This document shows, piece by piece, positions 48,766 through 60,000 of a stretch of DNA of 64,000 bases (position 1 is its first letter; each line of letters starts with the position of its first letter). The stretch spans positions 1 through 64,000 of IMG/VR virus record IMGVR_UViG_3300046820_002568. One strand, 5' to 3'. The DNA is from a virus. The notes under the pieces are model-generated. The model saw nothing but the letters and a program-made list of their open reading frames with translations, did not search any database and was not told where the DNA came from. Position numbers and translations under genes: made by a program.

Positions 48766-50934
48766 TTAGCAAGCTGGTGTTGGTTTTCCTCCAGTTGTCC
48801 AACTTGCACTTCCATCACTAGTTGTTCTGAAATTATATGTATATATTTGATAATTATTTTGAGATAGTATCACATTTCCTGATACTACCGATAAATTAAT
48901 TAATTCAATTTTTAATGAAATATCAATATACCCTGAACAAGTACCGTTAGATGAACATCCTATTAATTGATATCTTGACCAAGGTATAAAATTTTCAATA
49001 ATTGTCTGTATCTGTGTATTAATACTAGTGTTATTCTTTATTGTAATTTCGTTGCTAATCCACACTAATTGTTTTTTATATCCAACTCCTTCGGTTGAAG
49101 GGTCATTGCAACAACTATTTCCATTTGTATCTTTATACCAACTTCCGTTTAAAAACAAAGGATAAGTTGTTGGAATTGAGCAAACTCCTTCCATAAAATT
49201 AAATGGAATTCCATCAGTTACTGATTGTAAACTTATAGAATTTAAATCAATACTTGCAACGACATCTGGATTAGTAAACCCACTTGGTCCTACAACAACA
49301 TAAGCATCTAATGTAATTTTTATTCTCCCTTTCATAATTGAGTTGTCAGGTAAAAAATTAAAATTAAAAGTAGAAGTGCTATTAATTGTACTTAATAATG
49401 ATTCACCATCTTCAATTCTTGTGGAAGAACCTCCTGGTAATTGTGTTACCCATTCATTTGTGTAATTAGTAATTACACAAGGGTTAAAATTTGAAATAAA
49501 ATCAACCGGGTCAACTGTATTAATTACAAAAGATACTTCATTACTGTTACTACCGTTAGCATCTATAGCCTTTGCCTTATAATTACCAGGTTTTAAATTT
49601 TCAACCACCGGAGTATTTGTTTGATAAATAAAATCATTTTCCCCTGTTAACAAATAACTAACTGGTGAAATTCCGCCGACTGATTGTAATAAAGCCTTTC
49701 CTGATTGTTCATTAGTAACAGGAGTAAAATCTTCCTTAGCAATTAATTGTAAAGATAAACCACAAGGTCCTGAGGTTAAAGTAGCATTTGCGTTTAAATC
49801 TCCAAAAATTTTCCAATCTCCGTCTGGTTGGTCTGAGCGTGGGTTAACATTTTTAGCCGCCGAAAAAGTAAAATTAACTAAAGCACAAGCATTTGGAACG
49901 CTTAACGAAATTGGGAATATTATTGGTTGAGACTCTATAAACCACCCTCCAGGAAGAGCATCCTCAAATCTTAAAACTAATCTTTCACAACCTACTTGTT
50001 CAGGATTATCACAAAGATACCACGCCCTATAATCTATTTTTCTCGGATTTGTTTGTTTTGTAAAACTTAGTCTAAAACTAGTAGAACAATAATCAAAAGT
50101 CATACATAAATTGTCCGGCCAAATAACTTCAGGAGGTCCACCTACTGTACACTGAATATATTGAACATAATATTGGTCTTCATATCTAATGTTATATGTT
50201 CCTTGTCTAATTAAAGTTGGGATTGGTATTTGAAATTGTGAATTACCAAAGTAATATCTGTACGGTGGGGTTCCTGCAGATAATACAATAAAATCTAAAA
50301 TTCCATCAGGTTTGTCGTAAAAAGTATTATCTTGAGTATTACAACCAAATACTGGTAATGGTGGTGGTGCTGTCACAAGACAGGAAATTGGTATTCCAAA
50401 ATCACTAGTAAAATCAGTCACAAAAAAATTATAGGTACCGGCTGATATATTTCTTTTTACCCCATAAAAATCATCTACTTTTGATGCATTAATCACTTGC
50501 CCTGTTATATAATCTCTAATAATGTAGGGAGGCGTACCATTATTAATAAATAAATCAAGGCTACCATCTAAAGAATTTTCATATGTAGGACTAGTTGGAA
50601 AACACTGAACTTGCATCTGTCTTATTGTCGTGACATTACAGTCTGAGGTGGTAACAACTGAACCCTCTCCAAACTGAGAGTGGAATATTGTTTCAGTTGT
50701 TGGGCAAGGATTTGAGGTTAAGCATGTTTCACAATCTGTCTGCTGTGTTAACGAAATTGCATTATATGTGGGTGGAGCATAATTAAGTGCGGGAAGATTA
50801 ACATAAATTGCACAAAATACCGCCCCCTCTTGTGTTTGAATATTATAAACTTCAAACTCTGAAACCGTAGCAGGGACACTATTAATTAAGAAAAAGTTAA
50901 GACCGTTACAACAATCCTGAAATCCAAGAGCCAT
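48766..50934 (-). CDS. SprB-like repeat virion protein, paralog A
   Basis: DG.I......GGTPPY repeats; FQDCC N-terminus shared with 50977..53406. Confidence 0.65.
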   Translation of the reverse strand: MALGFQDCCNGLNFFLINSVPATVSEFEVYNIQTQEGAVFCAIYVNLPALNYAPPTYNAISLTQQTDCETCLTSNPCPTTETIFHSQFGEGSVVTTSDCNVTTIRQMQVQCFPTSPTYENSLDGSLDLFINNGTPPYIIRDYITGQVINASKVDDFYGVKRNISAGTYNFFVTDFTSDFGIPISCLVTAPPPLPVFGCNTQDNTFYDKPDGILDFIVLSAGTPPYRYYFGNSQFQIPIPTLIRQGTYNIRYEDQYYVQYIQCTVGGPPEVIWPDNLCMTFDYCSTSFRLSFTKQTNPRKIDYRAWYLCDNPEQVGCERLVLRFEDALPGGWFIESQPIIFPISLSVPNACALVNFTFSAAKNVNPRSDQPDGDWKIFGDLNANATLTSGPCGLSLQLIAKEDFTPVTNEQSGKALLQSVGGISPVSYLLTGENDFIYQTNTPVVENLKPGNYKAKAIDANGSNSNEVSFVINTVDPVDFISNFNPCVITNYTNEWVTQLPGGSSTRIEDGESLLSTINSTSTFNFNFLPDNSIMKGRIKITLDAYVVVGPSGFTNPDVVASIDLNSISLQSVTDGIPFNFMEGVCSIPTTYPLFLNGSWYKDTNGNSCCNDPSTEGVGYKKQLVWISNEITIKNNTSINTQIQTIIENFIPWSRYQLIGCSSNGTCSGYIDISLKIELINLSVVSGNVILSQNNYQIYTYNFRTTSDGSASWTTGGKPTPAC

Positions 50935-50976
50935 TACCTATAAATAACCTTTTTTTTGTTTTTGTGAAGATTAAAA

Positions 50977-53406
50977 TTAAGGAGCCCAAGAAGGTATTGA
51001 TGTCGTATTTTGCGATACAAAAACCGCAAGTTTTTGAGTTTCTGTAAGTAAACTAGGACTACCGGATTGATTGACTCCGTATCTGCTATCTAAACCAAAT
51101 CTAAATTTAGTCGTGACAACATTACCTCCAGGAGTTGCACTATTTAAATTATTAGCAGTACTATCTATTTGAACGCATGGTTGGGTTGGCGGAGTCACTA
51201 TATTTCTTGAAAACCAAGATAATGAGATTGAGAATTGATTTGCAGATATTTCTCTAAAATTATTAGTGTTAGGTACATTTAATTTAGCGCATCCTATGGG
51301 TGTGTAACACTGTGGTTGTATTGTGGTACTATCAGTTTCGCGTAAAATAGTTGGTATAAACTCCGGCATATTATTTCTAAGTTTAACTGTATATTTTATA
51401 TAAATTTTAGTATTTGTATTAATTAAAATTGATTCACTATCAAAATAAGTTTGATTTCCAAAATTTTTAGCTCTAGTGTCTCCCTCAATAAAACTACTAA
51501 AACTCCAAGGATTATCACAACTAACCCAATAATTTGGTGAAGTTCTTAAAGTGCCCTGACATAAATCTGGATTATTTCTAATATCCCAAAAACCTAAATT
51601 ATCTTGTCCATAGGTAAAATTTCCTTGATACGGACTAGTGTCAGGTGAAAATCTTAATTCAGGATTTGCATAGAAACTTTGTGGTCCACTACCATTATCC
51701 ACCCAAGCCTCACTAATTTGTAAATTTAGTATTTGAGCAGTTGTCGGTGTATTGTACCCATAATCACCAGTAGTAACTTGATTGTTAAGTGTGGTTCTCA
51801 ATCTTATAGTAAATGAAGCACCTTCTGGAAAATTTGAAAATTCATAATAATTTTCAACTACAGTATTAAATTCTTTATATTGACCTTCTTGTATTGGTCC
51901 ATCTATAGCCGTTCCAGTTATTGTTGCACTTGCAACATTTGAGTAAAAATTCACACTTGATGAACCAACAACTTGATTCGAGGATGATATTGTAAAACTA
52001 ATCACAGAACTTTCAGTTCCAATACTATCTTTAACTTTGATTGAATAGGTTCCAGCAATTAAAGAAAGTTGAGTTGCACTTGTCTGTTGATATGTTATCC
52101 CGTTCGAACTGTAGAAGTAAGTATATGGGGGTCCAAATCCTCCGACCGCTTGGTAAATTACTTGTCCTAATTTAACCGGGGGACCGGCACAGTAATTATC
52201 TGTACTTAAAACTCTTACAGAAGGAGGACATCCCCCAACAGTTATGGGTACTATAGTGCTAATAATTATACCGAGTCCTAAAAAACTACCTTGTGGTAAT
52301 GCAAGAGGTCCCAAACCTGTTCTTTGTAATCTAAATGTATTATTTGTTAAATTACAATTTCCTGGAGGTGTGTCAAATTGTATATCTTCAACTTGTACCA
52401 ATTCATTTGTTGTTACCCATCCAGCACCTCCTCCAAAATTTAACTCATATCTCAACTTTAATTCAGTCATACCAAAGACCGATGGATTTATACAATTGTA
52501 TACAGGTCTATAATTATAAAATTCTGATGTTAATTGGAATGACATTCTGAACTCGGTTCCGCAAAATGTAAAAGTCGCACAAAGATTAGTAGGGTAATTA
52601 GGGTAATCTGGCTGTGTTACAACAGCTTCGACCTCAATTAGATATTCTTCCGAATCTATAACCTGAAAATAATAAGTTCCAGCAAGTAATCCAGTTAATG
52701 GTAATTCAATTGTCTCACCTTCGTAAATTACAGTATAAGGACCTATTCCACCTGTAATATTTAAATCAATTGACCCGTCAGGAGCATTAAAGAAAGATGC
52801 TGGCGTCACAATTGGAACTGCAATTGGTATCGGTGGTGGTCCTGATAATACACAATTTCTTGTTATTGAGAAATCGCCTGTACTGTCAATTGTGGTTATT
52901 GAGTATGTTCCAGCGCTTACATTTTGATATAAAAGATAGATGTCCTCGGTCTGAATAACACTAAGTATGTCTTGAGTTCCAGCACTTATAAAAGTATACG
53001 GAGGAGTACCTCCAACCACAAAAAGTGCAACACTTCCATCAGGTGTATTTGAAAATGTAGGGTTAACTGATTGACATTGTGCAATCATTGGTTGTAATGT
53101 GTTAACCTGACAATCTGTGTCAATTTGAACTGAACCTGCGGTAAATTGATTAACTAAAATAATATCTTCAGCAGGGCATGGGTATAATTCAATGCAGGTA
53201 TTACAGTCTATTTGTTGTGTTAATTCAAGTAAAATATAATTTGGTGCTTGATAATTCAGCGTAGGTATTTGAACATATGTCGAACAAAAGTTTAACCCTT
53301 CAAGAGTTCTAATATAATACACTTCAAATTCAGAAACACTTGCGGGTATCCCTGTTACTGTAAAGTAACTAAATTCATTACAACATTCTCTAAATCCAAA
53401 AGCCAT
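50977..53406 (-). CDS. SprB-like repeat virion protein, paralog B
   Basis: DGSIDLNITGGIGPYT...TGLLAGTY; FRECC N-terminus. Confidence 0.7.
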   Translation of the reverse strand: MAFGFRECCNEFSYFTVTGIPASVSEFEVYYIRTLEGLNFCSTYVQIPTLNYQAPNYILLELTQQIDCNTCIELYPCPAEDIILVNQFTAGSVQIDTDCQVNTLQPMIAQCQSVNPTFSNTPDGSVALFVVGGTPPYTFISAGTQDILSVIQTEDIYLLYQNVSAGTYSITTIDSTGDFSITRNCVLSGPPPIPIAVPIVTPASFFNAPDGSIDLNITGGIGPYTVIYEGETIELPLTGLLAGTYYFQVIDSEEYLIEVEAVVTQPDYPNYPTNLCATFTFCGTEFRMSFQLTSEFYNYRPVYNCINPSVFGMTELKLRYELNFGGGAGWVTTNELVQVEDIQFDTPPGNCNLTNNTFRLQRTGLGPLALPQGSFLGLGIIISTIVPITVGGCPPSVRVLSTDNYCAGPPVKLGQVIYQAVGGFGPPYTYFYSSNGITYQQTSATQLSLIAGTYSIKVKDSIGTESSVISFTISSSNQVVGSSSVNFYSNVASATITGTAIDGPIQEGQYKEFNTVVENYYEFSNFPEGASFTIRLRTTLNNQVTTGDYGYNTPTTAQILNLQISEAWVDNGSGPQSFYANPELRFSPDTSPYQGNFTYGQDNLGFWDIRNNPDLCQGTLRTSPNYWVSCDNPWSFSSFIEGDTRAKNFGNQTYFDSESILINTNTKIYIKYTVKLRNNMPEFIPTILRETDSTTIQPQCYTPIGCAKLNVPNTNNFREISANQFSISLSWFSRNIVTPPTQPCVQIDSTANNLNSATPGGNVVTTKFRFGLDSRYGVNQSGSPSLLTETQKLAVFVSQNTTSIPSWAP

Positions 53407-53409
53407 ATT

Positions 53410-53787
53410 TTATAAACAAATATTATTAATATTATTTGATTTTGTAGGTGTTTGTGTTGGGGTTGGAGTCATTGATAATCCTATTGTAGGTGTAATTGAT
53501 GGGGTTGGGGTAATTGTTGGTGTTGGTGTATTGGTCGGAGTAATCGATGGTGTTGGTGTTGGTGATGGTTGGGTATAAGGTTGAAATAATTGACATCCAT
53601 TTGCATCAATTATTTTTATTATAAATGAAGTTGCTCCTTCTAATGTTGTTGGATATGTTATTATTATCGGATAAGTAGGTGAGGTAACCGTTTCAATAAA
53701 AACACATTCAACCATTCCTATGTCACACATGTATATATCAAAAGGTGAGGTTCCTGATATTGAATTTATTTGTATTTGACAAGCCAT
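53410..53787 (-). CDS. Cys-rich domain plus PT-repeat protein
   Basis: PFDIYMC...IKIIDANGC then (PT)n. Confidence 0.7.
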   Translation of the reverse strand: MACQIQINSISGTSPFDIYMCDIGMVECVFIETVTSPTYPIIITYPTTLEGATSFIIKIIDANGCQLFQPYTQPSPTPTPSITPTNTPTPTITPTPSITPTIGLSMTPTPTQTPTKSNNINNICL

Positions 53788-53799
53788 ATTGTATAAGTA

Positions 53800-54678
53800 T
53801 TACCAACATATGATTACAACTAATCCATTTCCTCCAGCACCTCCTCGTCCTCCTGTAACTCCAGCACCTCCTCCTCCACCTCCTGAGGCGATTGCACCAT
53901 CACCACCCTTTCCTCCTGTACCTGTTCCAAATGAACCTCCTCCTCCGCCTCCTGTAGATAAGAATGGTTGGTAAGATAAGTATCCTCCAGTTCCATTACC
54001 ACCATCTACAATACCGCCACCGACTAAAGGTGTTAATGTCGATGCAACTATTGACCCACCTATAAAACCTATATTATTTGTTCCTACACCAGCACCACCC
54101 GCACCTCCGCTATGTAATACTGCATAACTACCAGAAGTTGGGATTGGAGATAATTGAAATGTTATGCTAGTTCCAGCAGCAGCTCCACTTCCTCCGTTAC
54201 CTCCTCCTTGATTTCCAATAAAAGATGTTACTCCAAGCCCAGCCATTATTGTATTAGTAATCGAATTTGTACCCTGTGAAGCACCTCCTGTGGCGCCAAC
54301 TCCTGTAGCACCTCCTGAAGCAGTAATAAGTCTTGTAGCATTTGAGGTAGAACCTCTTGATAATGTTACAACTGAAGCACCCCCTCCATTACCAGCACTA
54401 GCCGGTGCCCCTCCATTACCACCTATACCTACTGTTATTTCCAAACTATCACTTATGACTGCGGCAGGTACGCAAATTTTAGACATGTTTCCACTTGCGC
54501 CTCCTCCTCCCCCAGCCCTTGAGGTTCCGGCTGCTCCTGAACCTCCACCACTTCCACCACCTCCGGCTCCATATACTTGAATATAAACCATGGAAATTCC
54601 TCTTGGTTTATACCAAACACCAGATGTGTAAAAAAATTGTACTTTCTGACTTGAGTCAGGTAAATTATATAAGTCCAT
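53800..54678 (-). CDS. glycine-rich adhesin-like protein, paralog 3
   Basis: W.KP.G...GAGGGG...GGNGLVVIICW. Confidence 0.75.
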   Translation of the reverse strand: MDLYNLPDSSQKVQFFYTSGVWYKPRGISMVYIQVYGAGGGGSGGGSGAAGTSRAGGGGGASGNMSKICVPAAVISDSLEITVGIGGNGGAPASAGNGGGASVVTLSRGSTSNATRLITASGGATGVGATGGASQGTNSITNTIMAGLGVTSFIGNQGGGNGGSGAAAGTSITFQLSPIPTSGSYAVLHSGGAGGAGVGTNNIGFIGGSIVASTLTPLVGGGIVDGGNGTGGYLSYQPFLSTGGGGGGSFGTGTGGKGGDGAIASGGGGGGAGVTGGRGGAGGNGLVVIICW

Positions 54679-54679
54679 A

Positions 54680-55543
54680 TTACCAACAAGTTATTATTAC
54701 TATTCCATCTCCTCCCTTTCCTCCGGGTCCATTATTAGAAACTGTGCCTCCGTTACCTCCTCCTCCACCTCCACATCCATATCCTCCATCACCTCCGGCC
54801 CCTCCACCAGCTAAAGAGGTATTATACGCACCTCCACCAGAGCCCCCTATCGAGTAAAATGGTGAAAAATTTGTGTAACCATTAACACCTCGGTTATTTG
54901 AGTCCCCGTTTGGTCCTCCTGGAATTGTTTGTATTATATCATTTATTCCTACCACACTTCCTCCACTAAGTCCAACACCTCCAGACCTTCCTCCACCGGC
55001 TGCGGCGGCGTATAAAACATGGGTTGCTGCCGATATTACTGAATTAGTACCACTACCTGAAAGTACTCCGGCAGTTCCTGCTTGTCCAGCAACTGTATTT
55101 ACAATACCCAATGGTCCAAGTCTATAGTTAGTGGTGGTCGCAATTATAGCCGCGGTGCCACCTGCTCCACCACCAGTTCCTCTAGTACCTCCTCCACCAC
55201 CACTTGCGGTAATGACAGTTGTGTCCCCATTCGATGTACTGAAATATACTGAAGATGTTCCTCCTGCGGCGCCATTTGAGTTAACGGTACCTACTCCTCC
55301 CTTTCCCACAACTATTGTTAATGTGTCGGGTAAAAGAACAGCGGGAATTAATATTCTACTAACCCCTCCACTACCTCCAGCACCTCCACCTGTATATTGA
55401 GCATCTCCACTACCTCCAGAACCTCCGCCACCTCCTGCACCAATACAAAGTATTTGAACCATAACAATCCCATCAGGTTTTTTCCATGAACCATTTTCAA
55501 CAAAAATTTGATTTCTATATGAACTATAAGGTAAATTATACAT
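54680..55543 (-). CDS. glycine-rich adhesin-like protein, paralog 2
   Basis: WKKPDG...CIGAGGGG...GGDGIVIITCW. Confidence 0.75.
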   Translation of the reverse strand: MYNLPYSSYRNQIFVENGSWKKPDGIVMVQILCIGAGGGGGSGGSGDAQYTGGGAGGSGGVSRILIPAVLLPDTLTIVVGKGGVGTVNSNGAAGGTSSVYFSTSNGDTTVITASGGGGGTRGTGGGAGGTAAIIATTTNYRLGPLGIVNTVAGQAGTAGVLSGSGTNSVISAATHVLYAAAAGGGRSGGVGLSGGSVVGINDIIQTIPGGPNGDSNNRGVNGYTNFSPFYSIGGSGGGAYNTSLAGGGAGGDGGYGCGGGGGGNGGTVSNNGPGGKGGDGIVIITCW

Positions 55544-55544
55544 A

Positions 55545-56444
55545 TTAATATGAAACTATTATTACTAAACCATTTCCGCCATTTCCACCAGCAGCCCCAA
55601 TTCCTGGAGATGTTCCGGCACCTCCTCCTCCACCTCCTGAACCAATATTTCCATCTCCACCTCTTCCACCATTACCAGAATTAACCGCAGTGGTAGGATT
55701 ACCCCCACCTCCACTACCTCCAACTGATAAAAATCCTTGGTTAAATATTCTAAACATACCTGTTGTTCCGCTAACTCCAGTATTTGCTCCACCTGAGTTA
55801 GTCGCAACAAAAGAAGTAATTCCGACAACATTACCTCCTTGTGAAGCAAGGTTAGTATTAGTAGCTCCTCCTCCTCCGTTTCCTCCTGAGGTTGGGGGAG
55901 TATTTCCTCCAGCCGCAAATGTTATTGTAGGTGTATTTGCCAATCCTCCTCCTCCACCTGATTGTCCGGCACTTGTTGTAAATAAACTTATATTCGTTAA
56001 TTTTTGGTTTGCAATTGCCGAAACTGCATTAGTTCCTCCAGCACCTATAGCTGTAGAACCAGAAGTTCCACCACCTCCACCTGTCGCTCTTGCGATAACA
56101 AAATTAGCCCCTCCATTATAAAATGCCTCAACATAACTATTACCTCCAGTACCTCCAGAAAACGATGAACCAGTTGCTCCATTACCACCGACTCCGACTG
56201 TAACATATAATTCATCGGGTAATAAAGAAGCTTGTAATATTGTATTATAAATAGAACCAGCGGCGCCACCTCCACCTCCAGCTCTGTTAACTCCTGAAGT
56301 TCCATTAAATCCTCCTCCACCTCCACCTCCAGCACCTATACAAGTAATGAAAACCATAGAAATTCCTTTTGGCTTTCTCCAAACACCCGTATTATAAAAA
56401 ATTTGGGTTCTATAATCAGTATTTGCTAAATCAAATAAATCCAT
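55545..56444 (-). CDS. glycine-rich adhesin-like protein, paralog 1
   Basis: WRKPKG...CIGAGGGG...GGNGLVIIVSY. Confidence 0.75.
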   Translation of the reverse strand: MDLFDLANTDYRTQIFYNTGVWRKPKGISMVFITCIGAGGGGGGGFNGTSGVNRAGGGGGAAGSIYNTILQASLLPDELYVTVGVGGNGATGSSFSGGTGGNSYVEAFYNGGANFVIARATGGGGGTSGSTAIGAGGTNAVSAIANQKLTNISLFTTSAGQSGGGGGLANTPTITFAAGGNTPPTSGGNGGGGATNTNLASQGGNVVGITSFVATNSGGANTGVSGTTGMFRIFNQGFLSVGGSGGGGNPTTAVNSGNGGRGGDGNIGSGGGGGGAGTSPGIGAAGGNGGNGLVIIVSY

Positions 56445-56446
56445 AA

Positions 56447-56635
56447 TTAATGCTCACCCCAAGATGGAAATGGTGGATTTTCATCTATTGTATAACCACC
56501 ATAAGCCCCATCAAATGTTAATGTATTTCCTGATAAATCAGTATATCTTGTTAATTGTGTAAATCGATTATCATATTCAGCATAACCCGTACTAACAGGT
56601 GAACCATATTCAAAATAAATTAAATGATAAATCAT
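56447..56635 (-). CDS. hypothetical tail-region protein
   Basis: 62-aa ORF tightly coupled in operon. Confidence 0.65.
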   Translation of the reverse strand: MIYHLIYFEYGSPVSTGYAEYDNRFTQLTRYTDLSGNTLTFDGAYGGYTIDENPPFPSWGEH

Positions 56636-57048
56636 TAGTAATCTCCTCCAATAACTGTCGCAATTATACCACCAGTTGTACTCGTACCAAATGTACAGTA
56701 AATCCTATACCCAGCAGGTAGTGCAAATCCAAGTGGTAATTCGTAGTTTATTGATGCGGCATTTTGTACCAAAGTGTTTGCGGCAACAGTTATTTCATCC
56801 CATAAAGTATTGTTGGTCGCAGTTGTTGTGGCACCACCATTATTAATGAAAACTCTAACTACAGTTGCCGAGTTAGTTCCTTGATGACGAAATCTTATTT
56901 TTTGGACATAACTTCCATTTGTACCTCCAGTAAAAACTGGATATATTGTACCTGAAGTTAAATCAGTTGTGGTGTTAAAAGCTATCATTGACACACTCCA
57001 TTGAGCTTCTCCTGCTATCGAAAATATCGGTTGAGTATTTGCTGGCAC
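56635..57048 (-). CDS. tail-fibre-associated protein
   Basis: 137-aa beta-rich ORF ending GGDY. Confidence 0.65.
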   Translation of the reverse strand: MPANTQPIFSIAGEAQWSVSMIAFNTTTDLTSGTIYPVFTGGTNGSYVQKIRFRHQGTNSATVVRVFINNGGATTTATNNTLWDEITVAANTLVQNAASINYELPLGFALPAGYRIYCTFGTSTTGGIIATVIGGDY

Positions 57049-57077
57049 TTGATTATTGTTTTATTAGTTTATTTTTT

Positions 57078-60000
57078 TTATAAAAAGTTAAAATTATTTG
57101 CTGTAGTGTAAACAGTTCCGAGAGACGACCCTCCTCCTGTTGAATTTATTGTTACGCTTCCTGTACCTCCTGTTGGTGAAATTGTTATATTTGTTCCCGC
57201 AACTATTTGGGTAACTCCTCCTCCACCTCCTGTTCCGGCACTAAATACAAGTGTATTTGTCGCAGCTGAAGTGATGGTTATGTTAATACCACTAAAGTTT
57301 AGGTTTGCAGTATTTGACTCCGCACTAAACTGAGTATTATTGTCAATTTGTATGTTTTTGAATATATTTTGAGACGAACCCCCATCACTATTTGCTATTG
57401 TGAAGTTTGGATAAGTTCCTCCTGTTGTTATACCTGTTCCTCCTGATATTGTAACGGTTTGGTCAGGAGCACTATTTGTTATTGTGAAGTTTGGATAAGT
57501 TCCTCCTGTTGTTATACCTGTTCCTCCTGATATTGTAACAGGTGTAATCCAACTATCTAATTTTCCACTAACATCAGCATATGGTATAGCATTTGCAGTT
57601 GGTGTGGTAGTGCCTACCGCATCTGCACCTCCAAATTTGTGTCTATCGGCATGTGTCTGAATAGTTACACTATTAATTGTACCGGCGCTAGTAATATTAT
57701 TACCACCCATATCAAGATTACCTGACATAGCTCTACCGCCATCCACTAAAAGATATTGTAAGTGGTCATCCGAGGTTAATCCTAACAAATTTCCGTGAAC
57801 TGATGACGCATTAACCCCACCAGCTCTAAATCCAACCGTAGGTCTGATGTCCTCAATTTGGATAATATTGGAATCGCCTTGTCTAATATATATTGAAGCA
57901 ACTTGCGCAACCGAATCTATAAAATATGATGGTGGGGTCGGTAGTAGTGCGTTTTCAGCTTCAACTAAAGTTGTATATTCATCTTGACCTAACACCAACA
58001 TAAATTGTTCGTCCACACCATCCCCCACAACATATAATGTATGTTTAGTATACGCAGATGATGTTAGACCTGTTAATGTACCGTTATTATCATACTGAGT
58101 GTTATTAACTAAAGTTGTTGCAGATGTAATCCAAGTTGACCCTGTCCCGTTTCTATAATATTGTGTAAATGTGATTCCAGTACCTCCACTAGGTGTAAAT
58201 TCATTCGTTGCGTAATAGTATTCACCCTGTGTAACATCTAAAGTAAATAGAGTTGACCCTTCAGTAGTAATTGACCCAAAAGCATAAATAGGCCCTAAAG
58301 CCTCTCTAAATAAACTTCCGTATCTATTTGAAGTGTGTGAAGCATTAAATGGTGATTGGTCAATTATTAATATAGATGACGCATCTGTAACAACTCTACC
58401 AAGTAAAATATTATATGAAGAATCAGGTCTTGTACCCGATGAACTTAATATTTCATTTTCATTATAATATATGTATAAATCAGAGTTTACTGATAGTGAT
58501 AAAGTGCTGGTTGACCAATCAATTCTTTTAACAGTTCCATCATTAATAGATTTTTCTAAATATCCAAATCCTGCGGCCACACTTACGGTAGTTCCTCCTC
58601 CGTCAGATAAAGTCCCACCGCTTATAACTCCCATAGAACCACCCTCAAAAATCAAAGTTGTAAAATCGGTATGTGTTCCATCGGCAAATGTTACAGATGC
58701 CTTTCTAGTTATATCAAATTCACCATCATTAATATCTAAAATGGACCAATACACATCACTACTTAAAGTAAATAATTTTTGGTGATTTGAACTACCGGCA
58801 AGAGTACCAAAAGTATTTACACTTTCAATGTATAAATCCCATTCTCCATTTACAAAACTTGCATTATCAACGTCAAATCTAACTGAACCTCCAACATTTG
58901 GATTTATAATACCATAAGTAAACCCATCACAAGTTATTGTAGATGCGTTTAATTCAGCATTGTCTTGTATGTAATAGGCAGTTGTCCCTGAAACACCATT
59001 ACTCACATTATCCCCAAGAAAAACTGATATGGTAGCGCCACTTCCTGTCGCATAATTACAATATGTTACACCAGTACCCGTTGGGAAATTATAGTAGTTT
59101 TCCATATTAGCAATTGCTAAGTATCCATTATTAGCAACTACTTTTGTTCCGTAGGTGTACTCTCCGTTAAAATCTAAATACTCACCAAAAAACTTGGTGT
59201 CCTGATTATCCACCTCAACCCAAATATTCGTATCACAATCATAAAAAGCCACTTTGTGAGCCTGAGCATAATCCCCAATGTCGTAACAGTATATACCTGC
59301 ATAACCTGAAGGAGCCCCACTAAGTGTTAAAAATGAGACTTCATTATTAACACCAATACTAATTATGTGTTGAGTATTTCCTGATGGTTTAATTAATGTT
59401 GTTTGAATATTGCTACCGACAATACTAACATAAGGTGTAGTCGTTAAATCAATTTCACCTTCTGTAAATTCACCGGGTCCAACAGAAATAATATATCTAT
59501 TAGAACTTGATGTATTTCCTGATAATTTTAAGTAATCGACCGCACTTTTTATAGATGTAAAATCCCCACCTTTTTTACTAACCGTAATTTCTTTTGGGTC
59601 TTGATTAACCTCATAAAGAGGAGAGTCTTGATTGATAATTGTCTTTAAGAAATTATCAGTTCCTTGTATTTTACCTGTCGCCCCTGAATGAGCAATATTT
59701 ACATCAATTGTATTGTTTTCAAAATTTAAAGCAATTGCATCTATACTTGGAGCCGAACCTATTTGAGGGGCATCAATTCCGACAGCCCATCTTTGGAAGT
59801 TAACTGCGGTTAGTCTTAAAAATCCTCCGTTTTCTACATAGAATCCCGTTCCAGCTGCGGCGCCAACCGCCTTAGTTAATAGACATCCATTAACAATGAA
59901 TCCACAACTTGCGGCATCCGCCTTTGCAAAAATAAGACCTGTTGTTGTCACAATTCCACCATTAGTTGATGTAACATTTCTCAACTGCATTCTACCAATA

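Noticed and set aside
53789-56335. Pro-rich and Val/Glu-rich ORFs overlapping the Gly-rich genes
   Set aside because: Antisense and off-frame shadows of GGA/GGT codon runs.
57396-57539. Diversity-generating retroelement TR/VR pair
   Set aside because: The copies are identical, in frame within one gene, show no adenine-specific mismatches, and no reverse transcriptase is present.
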